NCBI GenBank assembly: GCA_032718475.1
Contig: JAUCBJ010009120.1
Span: 41,909 to 105,908, forward strand
Direction: 5' to 3'
From: Nemertoderma westbladi
Lineage: Eukaryota > Animalia > Xenacoelomorpha
DNA: 64,000 bases
Of this stretch, positions 1 through 15,000 are shown piece after piece (within the stretch, counting starts at the first letter, position 1; the number at the start of each line of letters is the position of its first letter). The notes beneath the pieces are model-generated. The model made no database searches, was not told where the DNA came from, and saw nothing but the letters and a program-made list of their open reading frames with translations. A program made the position numbers and the translations under genes.

Positions 1-3000
1 GTCAATGAGTTTCATCATGAGTTAGTTGAGTCAATGAGCTTCCTCACGAGTTAGGTGAGCCAATGAGCTTCCTCACGAGTTAGGTAAGTCAATGAGCTTC
101 ATCATGAGTTAGGTGAGTCAATGAGCTTCCTCACGAGTTAGGTGAGTCATTGAGCTTCCTCACGAGTTAGGTAAGTCAATGAGTTTCATCATGAGTTAGG
201 TGAGTCAATGAGCTTCCTCACGAGTTAGGTGAGTCCATGAGCTTCCTTACGAGTTAGGTAAGTCAATGAGCTTCATCTTGAGTTAGTGAGTCAATGAGCT
301 TCCTCACGAGTTAGGTGAGTCAATGAGCTTCGTCACGAGTTTGGTGAGTCAATGAGCTTCCTCACGAGTTAGGTGAGTCAATGAACTTCCTCACGAGTTA
401 GGTGAGTCCATAAGCTTCCTCACGAGTTAGGTAAGTCAATGAGCTTCATCATGAGTTGGGTGAGTCAGTGAGCTTCCTCGTTAGTTAGGTGAGTCATTGA
501 GCTTCCTCACCAGTTAGGTAAGTCAATGAGCTTCATCATGAGTTAGGTGAGTCAATGAGCTTCCTCACGAGTTAGGTGAGTCAATGAGCTTCCTCACGAG
601 TTAGGTGAGTCATTGAGCTTCCTCACGAGTTAGGTGAGTCATTGAGCTTCCTCACGAGTTAGGTAAGTCAATGAGCTTCCTCACTAGTTAGGTGTGTCCA
701 TGAGCTTCCTTACGAGTTAGGTAAGTCAATGAGCTTCATCTTGAGTTAGTGAGTCAATGAGATTCCTCACGAGTTAGGTAAGTCAATGAGCTTCCTCACG
801 AGTTAGGTGAGTCAATGAGCTTCCTCACGAGTTAGGTGAGTCCATGAGCTTCCTTACGAGTTAGGTAAGTCAATGAGCTTCATCATGAGTTAGGTGAGTC
901 AATGAGCTTCCTCACGAGTTAGGTGAGTCCATGAGCTTCCTTACGAGTTAGGTAAGTCAATGAGCTTCATCTTGAGTTAGTGAGTCAATGAGCTTCCTCA
1001 CGAGTTAGGTGAGTCAATGAGCTTCGTCACGAGTTAGGTGAGTCAATGAGCTTCCTCACGAGTTAGGTGAGTCAATAAACTTCCTCACGAGTTAGGTGAG
1101 TCCATAAGCTTCCTCACGAGTTAGGTAAGTCAATGAGCTTCATCATGAGTTGGGTGAGTCAGTGAGCTTCCTCGTTAGTTAGGTGAGTCATTGAGCTTCC
1201 ATACGAGTTGGGTGAGTCAGTGAGCTTCCTCGTTAGTTAGGTGAGTCATTGAGCTTCCTCACGAGTTGGGTGAGTCAGTGAGCTTCCTCGTTAGTTAGGT
1301 GAGTCATTGAGCTTCCATACGAGTTGGGTGAGTCAGTGAGCTTCCTCGTGAGTTAGGTGAGTCATTGAGCTTCCTTATGAGTTAGGTAAGTCAATGAGTT
1401 TCATCATGAGTTAGTTGAGTCAATGAGCTTCCTCACGAGTTAGGTGAGCCAATGAGCTTCCTCACGAGTTAGGTAAGTCAATGAGCTTCATCATGAGTTA
1501 GGTGAGTCAATGAGCTTCCTCACGAGTTAGGTGAGTCATTGAGCTTCCTCACGAGTTAGGTAAGTCAATGAGTTTCATCATGAGTTAGGTGAGTCAATGA
1601 GCTTCCTCACGAGTTAGGTGAGTCCATGAGCTTCCTTACGAGTTAGGTAAGTCAATGAGCTTCATCTTGAGTTAGTGAGTCAATGAGCTTCCTCACGAGT
1701 TAGGTGAGTCAATGAGCTTCGTCACGAGTTTGGTGAGTCAATGAGCTTCCTCACGAGTTAGGTGAGTCAATGAACTTCCTCACGAGTTAGGTGAGTCCAT
1801 AAGCTTCCTCACGAGTTAGGTAAGTCAATGAGCTTCATCATGAGTTGGGTGAGTCAGTGAGCTTCCTCGTTAGTTAGGTGAGTCATTGAGCTTCCTCACC
1901 AGTTAGGTAAGTCAATGAGCTTCATCATGAGTTAGGTGAGTCAATGAGCTTCCTCACGAGTTAGGTGAGTCAATGAGCTTCCTCACGAGTTAGGTGAGTC
2001 ATTGAGCTTCCTCACGAGTTAGGTGAGTCATTGAGCTTCCTCACGAGTTAGGTAAGTCAATGAGCTTCCTCACTAGTTAGGTGTGTCCATGAGCTTCCTT
2101 ACGAGTTAGGTAAGTCAATGAGCTTCATCTTGAGTTAGTGAGTCAATGAGATTCCTCACGAGTTAGGTAAGTCAATGAGCTTCCTCACGAGTTAGGTGAG
2201 TCAATGAGCTTCCTCACGAGTTAGGTGAGTCCATGAGCTTCCTTACGAGTTAGGTAAGTCAATGAGCTTCATCATGAGTTAGGTGAGTCAATGAGCTTCC
2301 TCACGAGTTAGGTGAGTCCATGAGCTTCCTTACGAGTTAGGTAAGTCAATGAGCTTCATCTTGAGTTAGTGAGTCAATGAGCTTCCTCACGAGTTAGGTG
2401 AGTCAATGAGCTTCGTCACGAGTTAGGTGAGTCAATGAGCTTCCTCACGAGTTAGGTGAGTCAATAAACTTCCTCACGAGTTAGGTGAGTCCATAAGCTT
2501 CCTCACGAGTTAGGTAAGTCAATGAGCTTCATCATGAGTTGGGTGAGTCAGTGAGCTTCCTCGTTAGTTAGGTGAGTCATTGAGCTTCCATACGAGTTGG
2601 GTGAGTCAGTGAGCTTCCTCGTTAGTTAGGTGAGTCATTGAGCTTCCTCACGAGTTGGGTGAGTCAGTGAGCTTCCTCGTTAGTTAGGTGAGTCATTGAG
2701 CTTCCATACGAGTTGGGTGAGTCAGTGAGCTTCCTCGTGAGTTAGGTGAGTCATTGAGCTTCCTTATGAGTTAGGTAAGTCAATGAGTTTCATCATGAGT
2801 TAGTTGAGTCAATGAGCTTCCTCACGAGTTAGGTGAGCCAATGAGCTTCCTCACGAGTTAGGTAAGTCAATGAGCTTCATCATGAGTTAGGTGAGTCAAT
2901 GAGCTTCCTCACGAGTTAGGTGAGTCCATGAGCTTCCTTACGAGATAGGTAAGTCAATGAGCTTCATCATGAGTTAGGTGAGTCAATGAGCTTCCTCACT

Positions 3001-6000
3001 AGTTAGGTGTGTCCATGAGCTTCCTTACGAGTTAGGTAAGTCAATGAGCTCCATCTTGAGTTAGTGAGTCAATGAGATTCCTCACGAGTTAGGTAAGTCA
3101 ATGAGCTTCATCATGAGTTAGGTGAGTCAATGAGCTTCCTCACGAGTTAGGTGAGTCCATGAGCTTCCTTACGAGTTAGGTAAGTCAATGAGCTTCATCA
3201 TGAGTTAGGTGAGTCAATGAGCTTCCTCACGAGTTAGGTGAGTCCATGAGCTTCCTTACGAGTTAGGTAAGTCAATGAGCTTCATCTTGAGTTAGTGAGT
3301 CCATGAGCTTCCTTACGAGTTAGGTAAGTCAATGAGTTTCATCATGAGTTAGTTGAGTCAATGAGCTTCCTCACGAGTTAGGTGAGCCAATGAGCTTCCT
3401 CACGAGTTAGGTAAGTCAATGAGCTTCATCATGAGTTAGGTGAGTCAATGAGCTTCCTCACGAGTTAGGTGAGTCCATGAGCTTCCTTACGAGTTAGGTA
3501 AGTCAATGAGCTTCTTCATGAGTTAGGTGAGTCAATGAGCTTCCTCACGAGTTAGGTAAGTCAATGAGCTTCATCTTGAGTTAGGTGAGTCCATGAGCTT
3601 CCTTACGAGTTAGGTAAGTCAATGAGCTTCATCTTGAGTTAGTGAGTCAATGAGCTTCCTCACGAGTTAGGTGAGTCAATGAGCTTCGTCACGAGTTAGG
3701 TGAGTCAATGAGCTTCCTCACGAGTTAGGTGAACCAATGAGCTTCCTCACGAGTTAGGTAAGTCAATGAGCTTCATCATGAGTTAGGTGAGTCAATGAGC
3801 TTCCCCACGAGTTAGGTGAGCCAATGAGCTTCCGCACGAGTTATGTGAGTCAATGGGCTTCATCATGAGTTAGGTGAGTCAATGAGCTTCCTCACGAGTT
3901 AGGTGAGTCAATGAGCTTCCTCACGATTTAGGTGAGTCCATGAGCATCTTTACGATGTAGGTGAGTCAATGACCTTCCTCACGTGTTAGGTGAGTCAATG
4001 AGCTTCCTCGCGAGTTAGTTGAATCCATGAGCTTCCTCATGAGTTAGGTGAGTCCATGAGCTTCCTCACGAGTTAGGTGAGTCCATGAGTTTCCTCACAG
4101 GTTAGGTGAGTCCATGAGCTTCCTCACGAGTTAGGTGTGTTCGTGAGCTTCCTCACTAGTTAGGTGAGTCAATGAGCTTCCTCACGAGTTAGGTGAGTTA
4201 TTGAGTTTCCTCGTGAGTTAGGTGAGTCATTGAGCTTCCTCGTGAGTTAGGTGAGTCCATGAGCTTCCTCGCGAGTTAGTTGAGTCAATGAGCTTCCTCA
4301 CGAGTTAGGTGAGTCTATGAGCTTCCTCACAAGTTAGGTGAGTTATTGAGTTTCCTCGTGAGTTAGGTGAGTCCATGAGCTTCCTCGCGAGTTAGGTGAG
4401 TCAATAAGCTTCCTCACGAGTTAGGTGAGTCCATGAGCTTCCTCACGAGTTAGGTGAGTTATTGAGTTTCCTCGTGAGTTAGGTGAGTCATTGAGCTTCC
4501 TCGTGAGTTAGGTGAGACATTGAGCTTCCTCACGAGTTAGGTGAGTCCATGAGCTTCCTCGCGAGTTAGGTAAGTCCATGAGCTTCCTCACGAGTTAGGT
4601 GAGTCAATGAGCTTCCTCACGAGTTAGGTGATTTCATGAGCTTCCTCACGAGTTAGGTGAGTCCATGAGGTTCCTCACGAGTTAGGTGAGTCAATGAGCT
4701 TCATCATGAATTAGGTGAGTCATTGAGCTTCCTCGTGAGTTAGGTGAGTCCACGAGCTTCCTCACGAGTTGGGTGAGTCAGTGAGCTTCATCATGAGTTA
4801 GGTGAGACCATGAGCTTCCTCACGAGTTGGGTGAGTCAATGAGCTTCATCATGAGTTAGGTGAGTCATTGAGCTTCCTCGTGAGTTAGGTGAGTCCACGA
4901 GCTTCCTCACGAGTTGGGTGAGTCAATGAGCTTCATCATGAGTTAGGTGAGACCATGAGCTTCCTCACGAGTTGGGTGAGTCCATGAGCGTCTTCACGAG
5001 TTAGGTGAGTCCATGGGCTTCCTCACGAGTTAGGTGAGTTATTGAGTTTCCTCGTGAGTTAGGTGAGTCATTGAGCTTCCTCGTGAGTTAGGTGAGTCCA
5101 TGAGCTTCATCATGAGTTAGGTGAGTCCATGAGCTTCCTCACGAGTTAGGTGAGTCAGTGAGCTTCCTCACGAGTTAGGTGAGTCAATGAGCTTCCTCAC
5201 GAGTTAGGTGAGTCAATGAGCTTCCTCACGAGTTAGGTGAGTCCATGAGCTTCCTCACGAGTTAGGTGAGTCCATGAGGTTCCTCACGAGTTAGCTGAGT
5301 CCATAAGCTTCCTCACGAGTTAGGTGAGTCCACGAGCTTCCTCACGTGTTAGGTGAGTCCATGAGTTTCCTCACGAGTTAGGTGAGTCCATGAGTTTCCT
5401 CACAAGTTAGGTGAGTCAATGAGCTTCCTCACGAGTTAGGTGAGTCCATGAGCTTCCTCACGAGTTAGGTGTGTCCACGAGCTTCCTCACGAGTTAGGTG
5501 AGTCCATGAGCTTCCCCACGAGTTAGGTGAGTCCATGAGTTCCCTCACAAGTTAGGTGAGTCAATGAGCTTCCTCACGAGTTAGGTGAGTCCATGAGCTT
5601 CCTCACGAGTTAGGTGAGTCCATGAGGTTCCTCACGAGTTAGCTGAGTCCATAAGCTTCCTCACGAGTTAGGTGAGTCCACGAGCTTCCTCACGAGTTAG
5701 GTGAGTCAATGAGCTTCATCATGAGTTAGGTGAGACCATGAGCTTCCTTACGAGTTGGGTGAGTCCATGAGCGTCTTCACGAGTTAGGTGAGTCCATGAG
5801 CTTCCTCACGAGTTAGGTGAGTTATTGAGTTTCCTCGTGAGTTAGGTGAGTCATTGAGTTTCCTCACGAGTTAGGTGAGTCATTGAGCTTCCTCGTGAGT
5901 TAGGTGAGTCCATGAGCTTCCTCACGAGTTAGGTGAGTCCATGAGGTTCCTCACGAGTTAGCTGAGTCCATAAGCTTCCTCACGAGTTAGGTGAGTCATT

Positions 6001-9000
6001 GAGCTTCCTCGTGAGTTAGGTGAGTCAGTGAGCTTCCTCGCGAGTTAGGTGAGTCAATGAGTTTCCTCACGAGTTAGGTGAGTCCATGAGCTTCCTCACG
6101 AGTTAGGTGAGTCCATGAGGTTCCTCACGAGTTAGCTGAGTCCATAAGCTTCCTCACGAGTTAGGTGAGTCCACGAGCTTCCTCACGAGTTAGGTGAGTC
6201 CATGAGTTTCCTCACGAGTTAGGTGAGTCCATGAGTTTCCTCACAAGTTAGATGAGTCCATGAGCTTCCTCACGAGTTAGGTGAGTTCGTGAGCTTCCTC
6301 ACTAGTTAGGTGAGTCCATGAGCTTCCTCACGAGTTAGGTGAGTCCATGAGCTTCCTCACGAGTTAGGTGAGTCCATGAGCTTTATCGCGAGTTAGGCGA
6401 GTCCATGAGCTTCCTCATGAGTTGGGTGAGTCAGTGAGCTTCCTCGTGAGTTAGGTGAGTCATGGATCTTCCTCGTGAGTTAGGTGAGTCCATGAGCTTC
6501 CTCACGAGTTAGGTGAGTCCATGAGCTTCCTCACGAGTTAGGTGAGTCCATGAGTTCCCTCACAAGTTAGGTGAGTCAATGAGCTTCCTCACGAGTTAGG
6601 TGAGTCCATGAGCTTCCTCACGAGTTAGGTGAGTCAATGAGCTTCCTCACGAGTTAGGTGAGTCCATGAGCTTCCTCACGAGTTAGGTGAGTCCATGAGG
6701 TTCCTCACGAGTTAGCTGAGTCCATAAGCTTCCTCACGAGTTAGGTGAGTCCACGAGCTTCCTCACGAGTTAGGTGAGTCAATGAGCTTCATCATGAATT
6801 AGGTGAGACCATGAGCTTCCTCACGAGTTGGGTGAGTCCATGAGCGTCTTCACGAGTTAGGTGAGTCCATGAGCTTCCTCACGAGTTAGGTGAGTTATTG
6901 AGTTTCCTCGTGAGTTAGGTGAGTCATTGAGTTTCCTCACGCGTTAGGTGAGTCATTGAGCTTCCTCGTGAGTTAGGTGAGTCCATGAGCTTCCTCACGA
7001 GTTAGGTGAGTCCATGAGGTTCCTCACGAGTTAGCTGAGTCCATAAGCTTCCTCACGAGTTAGGTGAGTCATTGAGCTTCCTCGTGAGTTAGGTGAGTCA
7101 GTGAGCTTCCTCGCGAGTTAGGTGAGTCAATGAGCTTCCTCACGAATTAGGTGAGTCCATGAGCTTCCTCACGAGTTAGGTGAGTCCATGAGGTTCCTCA
7201 CGAGTTAGCTGAGTCCATAAGCTTCCTCACGAGTTAGGTGAGTCCACGAGCTTCCTCACGAGTTAGGTGAGTCTATGAGTTTCCTCACGAGTTAGGTGAG
7301 TCCATGAGTTTCCTCACAAGTTAGATGAGTCCATGAGCTTCCTCACGAGTTAGGTGAGTTCGTGAGCTTCCTCACTAGTTAGGTGAGTCCATGAGCTTCC
7401 TCACGAGTTAGGTGAGTCCATGAGCTTCCTCACGAGTTAGGTGAGTCCATGAGCTTTATCGCGAGTTAGGCGAGTCCATGAGCTTCCTCATGAGTTGGGT
7501 GAGTCAGTGAGCTTCCTCGTGAGTTAGGTGAGTCATGGATCTTCCTCGTGAGTTAGGTGAGTCCATGAGCTTCCTCACGAGTTAGGTGAGTCCATGAGCT
7601 TCCTCACGAGTTAGGTGAGTCCATGAGTTCCCTCACAAGTTAGGTGAGTCAATGAGCTTCCTCACGAGTTAGGTGAGTCCATGAGCTTCCTCACGAGTTA
7701 GGTGAGTCCATGAGGTTCCTCACGAGTTAGGTGAGTCCACGAGCTTCCTCACGAGTTAGGTGAGTCAATGAGCTTCATCATGAGTTAGGTGAGACCATGA
7801 GCTTCCTCACGAGTTGGGTGAGTCCATGAGCGTCTTCACGAGTTAGGTGAGTCCATGAGCTTCCTCACGAGTTAGGTGAGTTATTGAGTTTCCTCGTGAG
7901 TTAGGTGAGTCATTGAGCTTCCTCGTGAGTTAGGTGAGTCCATGAGCTTCATCATGAGTTAGGTGAGTCCATGAGCTTCCTCACGAGTTAGGTGAGTCAT
8001 TGAGCTTCCTCGTGAGTTAGGTGAGTCAGTGAGCTTCCTCGCGAGTTAGGTGAGTCAATGATCTTCCTCACGAGTTAGGTGAGTCCATGAGCTTCCTCAC
8101 GAGTTAGGTGAGTCCATGAGGTTCCTCACGAGTTAGCTGAGTCCATAAGCTTCCTCACGAGTTAGGTGAGTCCACGAGCTTCCTCACGAGTTAGGTGAGT
8201 CCATGAGTTTCCTCACGAGTTAGGTGAGTCCATGAGTTTCCTCACAAGTTAGATGAGTCCATGAGCTTCCTCACGAGTTAGGTGAGTTTGTGAGCTTCCT
8301 CACTAGTTAGGTGAGTCCATGAGCTTCCTCACGAGTTAGGTGAGTCCATGAGCTTCCTCACGAGTTAGGTGAGTCCATGAGCTTTATCGCGAGTTAGGCG
8401 AGTCCATGAGCTTCCTCATGAGTTGGGTGAGTCAGTGAGCTTCCTCGTGAGTTAGGTGAGTCATGGATCTTCCTCGTGAGTTAAGTGAGTCCATGAGCTT
8501 CCTCACGAGTTAGGTGAGTCCATGAGCTTCCTCACGAGTTAGGTGAGTCCATGAGTTCCCTCACAAGTTAGGTGAGTCAATGAGCTTCCTCACGAGTTAG
8601 GTGAGTCCATGAGCTTCCTCACGAGTTAGGTGAGTCCATGAGGTTCCTCACGAGTTAGGTGAGTCCACGAGCTTCCTCACGAGTTAGGTGAGTCAATGAG
8701 CTTCATCATGAGTTAGGTGAGACCATGAGCTTCCTCACGAGTTGGGTGAGTCCATGAGCGTCTTCACGAGTTAGGTGAGTCCATGAGCTTCCTCACGAGT
8801 TAGGTGAGTTATTGAGTTTCCTCGTGAGTTAGGTGAGTCATTGAGCTTCCTCGTGAGTTAGGTGAGTCCATGAGCTTCATCATGAGTTAGGTGAGTCCAT
8901 GAGCTTCCTCACGAGTTAGGTGAGTCAGTGAGCTTCCTCACGAGTTAGGTGAGTCAATGAGCTTCCTCACGAGTTAGGTGAGTCAATGAGCTTCCTCACG

Positions 9001-12000
9001 AGTTAGGTGAGTCCATGAGCTTCCTCACGAGTTAGGTGAGTCCATGAGGTTCCTCACGAGTTAGCTGAGTCCATAAGCTTCCTCACGAGTTAGGTGAGTC
9101 CACGAGCTTCCTCACGAGTTAGGTGAGTCCATGAGTTTCCTCACGAGTTAGGTGAGTCCATGAGTTTCCTCACAAGTTAGGTGAGTCAATGAGCTTCCTC
9201 ACGAGTTAGGTGAGTCCATGAGCTTCCTCACGAGTTAGGTGTGTCCACGAGCTTCCTCACGAGTTAGGTGAGTCCATGAGCTTCCCCACGAGTTAGGTGA
9301 GTCCATGAGTTCCCTCACAAGTTAGGTGAGTCAATGAGCTTCCTCACGAGTTAGGTGAGTCCATGAGCTTCCTCACGAGTTAGGTGAGTCCATGAGTTCC
9401 CTCACAAGTTAGGTGAGTCAATGAGCTTCCTCACGAGTTAGGTGAGTCCATGAGCTTCCTCACGAGTTAGGTGAGTCCATGAGGTTCCTCACGAGTTAGC
9501 TGAGTCCATAAGCTTCCTCACGAGTTAGGTGAGTCCACGAGCTTCCTCACGAGTTAGGTGAGTCAATGAGCTTCATCATGAGTTAGGTGAGACCATGAGC
9601 TTCCTCACGAGTTGGGTGAGTCCATGAGCGTCTTCACGAGTTAGGTGAGTCCATGAGCTTCCTCACGAGTTAGGTGAGTTATTGAGTTTCCTCGTGAGTT
9701 AGGTGAGTCATTGAGTTTCCTCACGAGTTAGGTGAGTCCACGAGCTTCCTCACGAGTTAGGTGAGTCAATGAGCTTCATCATGAGTTAGGTGAGACCATG
9801 AGCTTCCTCACGAGTTGGGTGAGTCCATGAGCGTCTTCACGAGTTAGGTGAGTCCCTGAGCTTCCTCACGAGTTAGGTGAGTTATTGAGTTTCCTCGTGA
9901 GTTAGGTGAGTCCATGAGCTGCCTCACGAGTTAGGTAAGTCAATGAGCTTCATCATGAGTTAGGTGAGTCCATGAGCTTCCTTACGAGTTAGGTAAGTCA
10001 ATGAGCTTCATCATGAGTTAGGTGAGTCAATGAGCTTCCTCACGAGTTAGGTGAGTCCATAAGCTTCCTTACGAGTTAGGTAAGTCAATGAGCTTCATCA
10101 TGAGTTAGGTGAGTCAATGAGCTTCGTCACGAGTTAGGTGAGTCAATGAGCTTCCTCACGAGTTAGGTGACTCAATGAGCTTCCTCACGAGTTAGGTGAG
10201 TCCATGAGCTTCCTCACGAGTTAGGTGAGTTATTGAGTTTCCTCGTGAGTTAGGTAAGTCAATGAGCTTCATCATGAGTTAGGTGAGTCCATGAGCTTCC
10301 TTACGAGTTAGGTAAGTCAATGAGTTTCATCATGAGTTAGTTGAGTCAATGAGCTTCCTCACGAGTTAGGTGAGCCAATGAGCTTCCTCACGAGTTAGGT
10401 GAGTCAATGAGCTTTCTCACGAGTTAGGTGAGTCAATGAGCTTCCTCACGATTTAGGTGAGTCCATGAGCATCTTTACGATGTAGGTGAGTCAATGACCT
10501 TCCTCACGTGTTAGGTGAGTCAATGAGCTTCGTCACGAGTTAGGTGAGTCAGTGAGCTTCATCATGAGTTAGGTGAGACCATGAGCTTCCTCACGAGTTG
10601 GGTGAGTCCATGAGCGTCTTCACGAGTTAGGTGAGTCCATGAGCTTCCTCACGAGTTAGGTGAGTCCATGAGCTTCCTCGCGAGTTAGCTGAGTCAATGA
10701 GCTTCCTCACGAGTTAGGTGAGTCCATGAGCTTCCTCACGAAGGTGAGTCCATGAGGTTCCTCCGAGTTAGTTGAATCCATGAGCTTCCTCATGAGTTAG
10801 GTGAGTCCATGAGCTTCCTCACGAGTTAGGTGAGTCAATGAGCTTCATCATGAGTTAGGTGAGACCATGAGCTTCCTCACGAGTTGGGTGAGTCCATGAG
10901 CGTCTTCACGAGTTAGGTGAGTCCATGAGCTTCCTCACGAGTTAGGTGAGTTATTGAGTTTCCTCGTGAGTTAGGTGAGTCATTGAGCTTCCTCGTGAGT
11001 TAGGTGAGTCCATGAGCTTCCTCACGAGTTAGGTGAGTCCATGAGCTTCCTCACGAGTTAGGTGAGTCCATGAGTTCCCTCACAAGTTAGGTGAGTCAAT
11101 GAGCTTCCTCACGAGTTAGGTGAGTCCATGAGCTTCCTCACGAGTTAGGTGAGTCAGTGAGCTTCATCATGAGTTAGGTGAGACCATGAGCTTCCTCACG
11201 AGTTGGGTGAGTCCATGAGCGTCTTCACGAGTTAGGTGAGTCCATGAGCTTCCTCACGAGTTAGGTGAGTCCATGAGCTTCCTCGCGAGTTAGCTGAGTC
11301 AATGAGCTTCCTCACGAGTTAGGTGAGTCCATGAGCTTCCTCACGAAGGTGAGTCCATGAGGTTCCTCCGAGTTAGTTGAATCCATGAGCTTCCTCATGA
11401 GTTAGGTGAGTCCATGAGCTTCCTCACGAGTTAGGTGAGTCAATGAGCTTCATCATGAGTTAGGTGAGACCATGAGCTTCCTCACGAGTTGGGTGAGTCC
11501 ATGAGCGTCTTCACGAGTTAGGTGAGTCCATGAGCTTCCTCACGAGTTAGGTGAGTTATTGAGTTTCCTCGTGAGTTAGGTGAGTCATTGAGCTTCCTCG
11601 TGAGTTAGGTGAGTCCATGAGCTTCCTCACGAGTTAGGTGAGTCCATGAGCTTCCTCACGAGTTAGGTGAGTCCATGAGTTCCCTCACAAGTTAGGTGAG
11701 TCAATGAGCTTCCTCACGAGTTAGGTGAGTCCATGAGCTTCCTCACGAGTTAGGTGAGTCCATGAGGTTCCTCACGAGTTAGGTGAGTCCACGAGCTTCC
11801 TCACGAGTTAGGTGAGTCAATGAGCTTCATCATGAGTTAGGTGAGACCATGAGCTTCCTCACGAGTTGGGTGAGTCCATGAGCGTCTTCACGAGTTAGGT
11901 GAGTCCATGAGCTTCCTCACGAGTTAGGTGAGTTATTGAGTTTCCTCGTGAGTTAGGTGAGTCATTGAGCTTCCTCGTGAGTTAGGTGAGTCCATGAGCT

Positions 12001-15000
12001 TCATCATGAGTTAGGTGAGTCCATGAGCTTCCTCACGAGTTAGGTGAGTCATTGAGCTTCCTCGTGAGTTAGGTGAGTCAGTGAGCTTCCTCGCGAGTTA
12101 GGTGAGTCAATGAGCTTCCTCACGAGTTAGGTGAGTCCATGAGCTTCCTCACGAGTTAGGTGAGTCCATGAGGTTCCTCACGAGTTAGCTGAGTCCATAA
12201 GCTTCCTCACGAGTTAGGTGAGTCCACGAGCTTCCTCACGAGTTAGGTGAGTCCATGAGTTTCCTCACGAGTTAGGTGAGTCCATGAGTTTCCTCACAAG
12301 TTAGATGAGTCCATGAGCTTCCTCACGAGTTAGGTGAGTTCGTGAGCTTCCTCACTAGTTAGGTGAGTCCATGAGCTTCCTCACGAGTTAGGTGAGTCCA
12401 TGAGCTTCCTCACGAGTTAGGTGAGTCCATGAGCTTTATCGCGAGTTAGGCGAGTCCATGAGCTTCCTCATGAGTTGGGTGAGTCAGTGAGCTTCCTCGT
12501 GAGTTAGGTGAGTCATGGATCTTCCTCGTGAGTTAGGTGAGTCCATGAGCTTCCTCACGAGTTAGGTGAGTCCATGAGCTTCCTCACGAGTTAGGTGAGT
12601 CCATGAGTTCCCTCACAAGTTAGGTGAGTCAATGAGCTTCCTCACGAGTTAGGTGAGTCCATGAGCTTCCTCACGAGTTAGGTGAGTCCATGAGGTTCCT
12701 CACGAGTTAGGTGAGTCCACGAGCTTCCTCACGAGTTAGGTGAGTCAATGAGCTTCATCATGAGTTAGGTGAGACCATGAGCTTCCTCACGAGTTGGGTG
12801 AGTCCATGAGCGTCTTCACGAGTTAGGTGAGTCCATGAGCTTCCTCACGAGTTAGGTGAGTTATTGAGTTTCCTCGTGAGTTAGGTGAGTCATTGAGCTT
12901 CCTCGTGAGTTAGGTGAGTCCATGAGCTTCATCATGAGTTAGGTGAGTCCATGAGCTTCCTCACGAGTTAGGTGAGTCAGTGAGCTTCCTCACGAGTTAG
13001 GTGAGTCAATGAGCTTCCTCACGAGTTAGGTGAGTCAATGAGCTTCCTCACGAGTTAGGTGAGTCCATGAGCTTCCTCACGAGTTAGGTGAGTCCATGAG
13101 GTTCCTCACGAGTTAGCTGAGTCCATAAGCTTCCTCACGAGTTAGGTGAGTCCACGAGCTTCCTCACGAGTTAGGTGAGTCCATGAGTTTCCTCACGAGT
13201 TAGGTGAGTCCATGAGGTTCCTCACGAGTTAGCTGAGTCCATAAGCTTCCTCACGAGTTAGGTGAGTCCACGAGCTTCCTCACGAGTTAGGTGAGTCAAT
13301 GAGCTTCCTCACGATTTAGGTGAGTCCATGAGCATCTTTACGATGTAGGTGAGTCAATGACCTTCCTCACGTGTTAGGTGAGTCAATGAGCTTCCTCGCG
13401 AGTTAGTTGAATCCATGAGCTTCCTCATGAGTTAGGTGAGTCCATGAGCTTCCTCACGAGTTAGGTGAGTCCATGAGTTTCCTCACAGGTTAGGTGAGTC
13501 CATGAGCTTCCTCACGAGTTAGGTGTGTTCGTGAGCTTCCTCACTAGTTAGGTGAGTCAATGAGCTTCCTCACGAGTTAGGTGAGTTATTGAGTTTCCTC
13601 GTGAGTTAGGTGAGTCATTGAGCTTCCTCGTGAGTTAGGTGAGTCCATGAGCTTCCTCGCGAGTTAGTTGAGTCAATGAGCTTCCTCACGAGTTAGGTGA
13701 GTCTATGAGCTTCCTCACAAGTTAGGTGAGTTATTGAGTTTCCTCGTGAGTTAGGTGAGTCCATGAGCTTCCTCGCGAGTTAGGTGAGTCAATAAGCTTC
13801 CTCACGAGTTAGGTGAGTCCATGAGCTTCCTCACGAGTTAGGTGAGTTATTGAGTTTCCTCGTGAGTTAGGTGAGTCATTGAGCTTCCTCGTGAGTTAGG
13901 TGAGACATTGAGCTTCCTCACGAGTTAGGTGAGTCCATGAGCTTCCTCGCGAGTTAGGTAAGTCCATGAGCTTCCTCACGAGTTAGGTGAGTCAATGAGC
14001 TTCCTCACGAGTTAGGTGATTTCATGAGCTTCCTCACGAGTTAGGTGAGTCCATGAGGTTCCTCACGAGTTAGGTGAGTCAATGAGCTTCATCATGAATT
14101 AGGTGAGTCATTGAGCTTCCTCGTGAGTTAGGTGAGTCCACGAGCTTCCTCACGAGTTGGGTGAGTCAGTGAGCTTCATCATGAGTTAGGTGAGACCATG
14201 AGCTTCCTCACGAGTTGGGTGAGTCAATGAGCTTCATCATGAGTTAGGTGAGTCATTGAGCTTCCTCGTGAGTTAGGTGAGTCCACGAGCTTCCTCACGA
14301 GTTGGGTGAGTCAATGAGCTTCATCATGAGTTAGGTGAGACCATGAGCTTCCTCACGAGTTGGGTGAGTCCATGAGCGTCTTCACGAGTTAGGTGAGTCC
14401 ATGGGCTTCCTCACGAGTTAGGTGAGTTATTGAGTTTCCTCGTGAGTTAGGTGAGTCATTGAGCTTCCTCGTGAGTTAGGTGAGTCCATGAGCTTCATCA
14501 TGAGTTAGGTGAGTCCATGAGCTTCCTCACGAGTTAGGTGAGTCAGTGAGCTTCCTCACGAGTTAGGTGAGTCAATGAGCTTCCTCACGAGTTAGGTGAG
14601 TCAATGAGCTTCCTCACGAGTTAGGTGAGTCCATGAGCTTCCTCACGAGTTAGGTGAGTCCATGAGGTTCCTCACGAGTTAGCTGAGTCCATAAGCTTCC
14701 TCACGAGTTAGGTGAGTCCACGAGCTTCCTCACGTGTTAGGTGAGTCCATGAGTTTCCTCACGAGTTAGGTGAGTCCATGAGTTTCCTCACAAGTTAGGT
14801 GAGTCAATGAGCTTCCTCACGAGTTAGGTGAGTCCATGAGCTTCCTCACGAGTTAGGTGTGTCCACGAGCTTCCTCACGAGTTAGGTGAGTCCATGAGCT
14901 TCCCCACGAGTTAGGTGAGTCCATGAGTTCCCTCACAAGTTAGGTGAGTCAATGAGCTTCCTCACGAGTTAGGTGAGTCCATGAGCTTCCTCACGAGTTA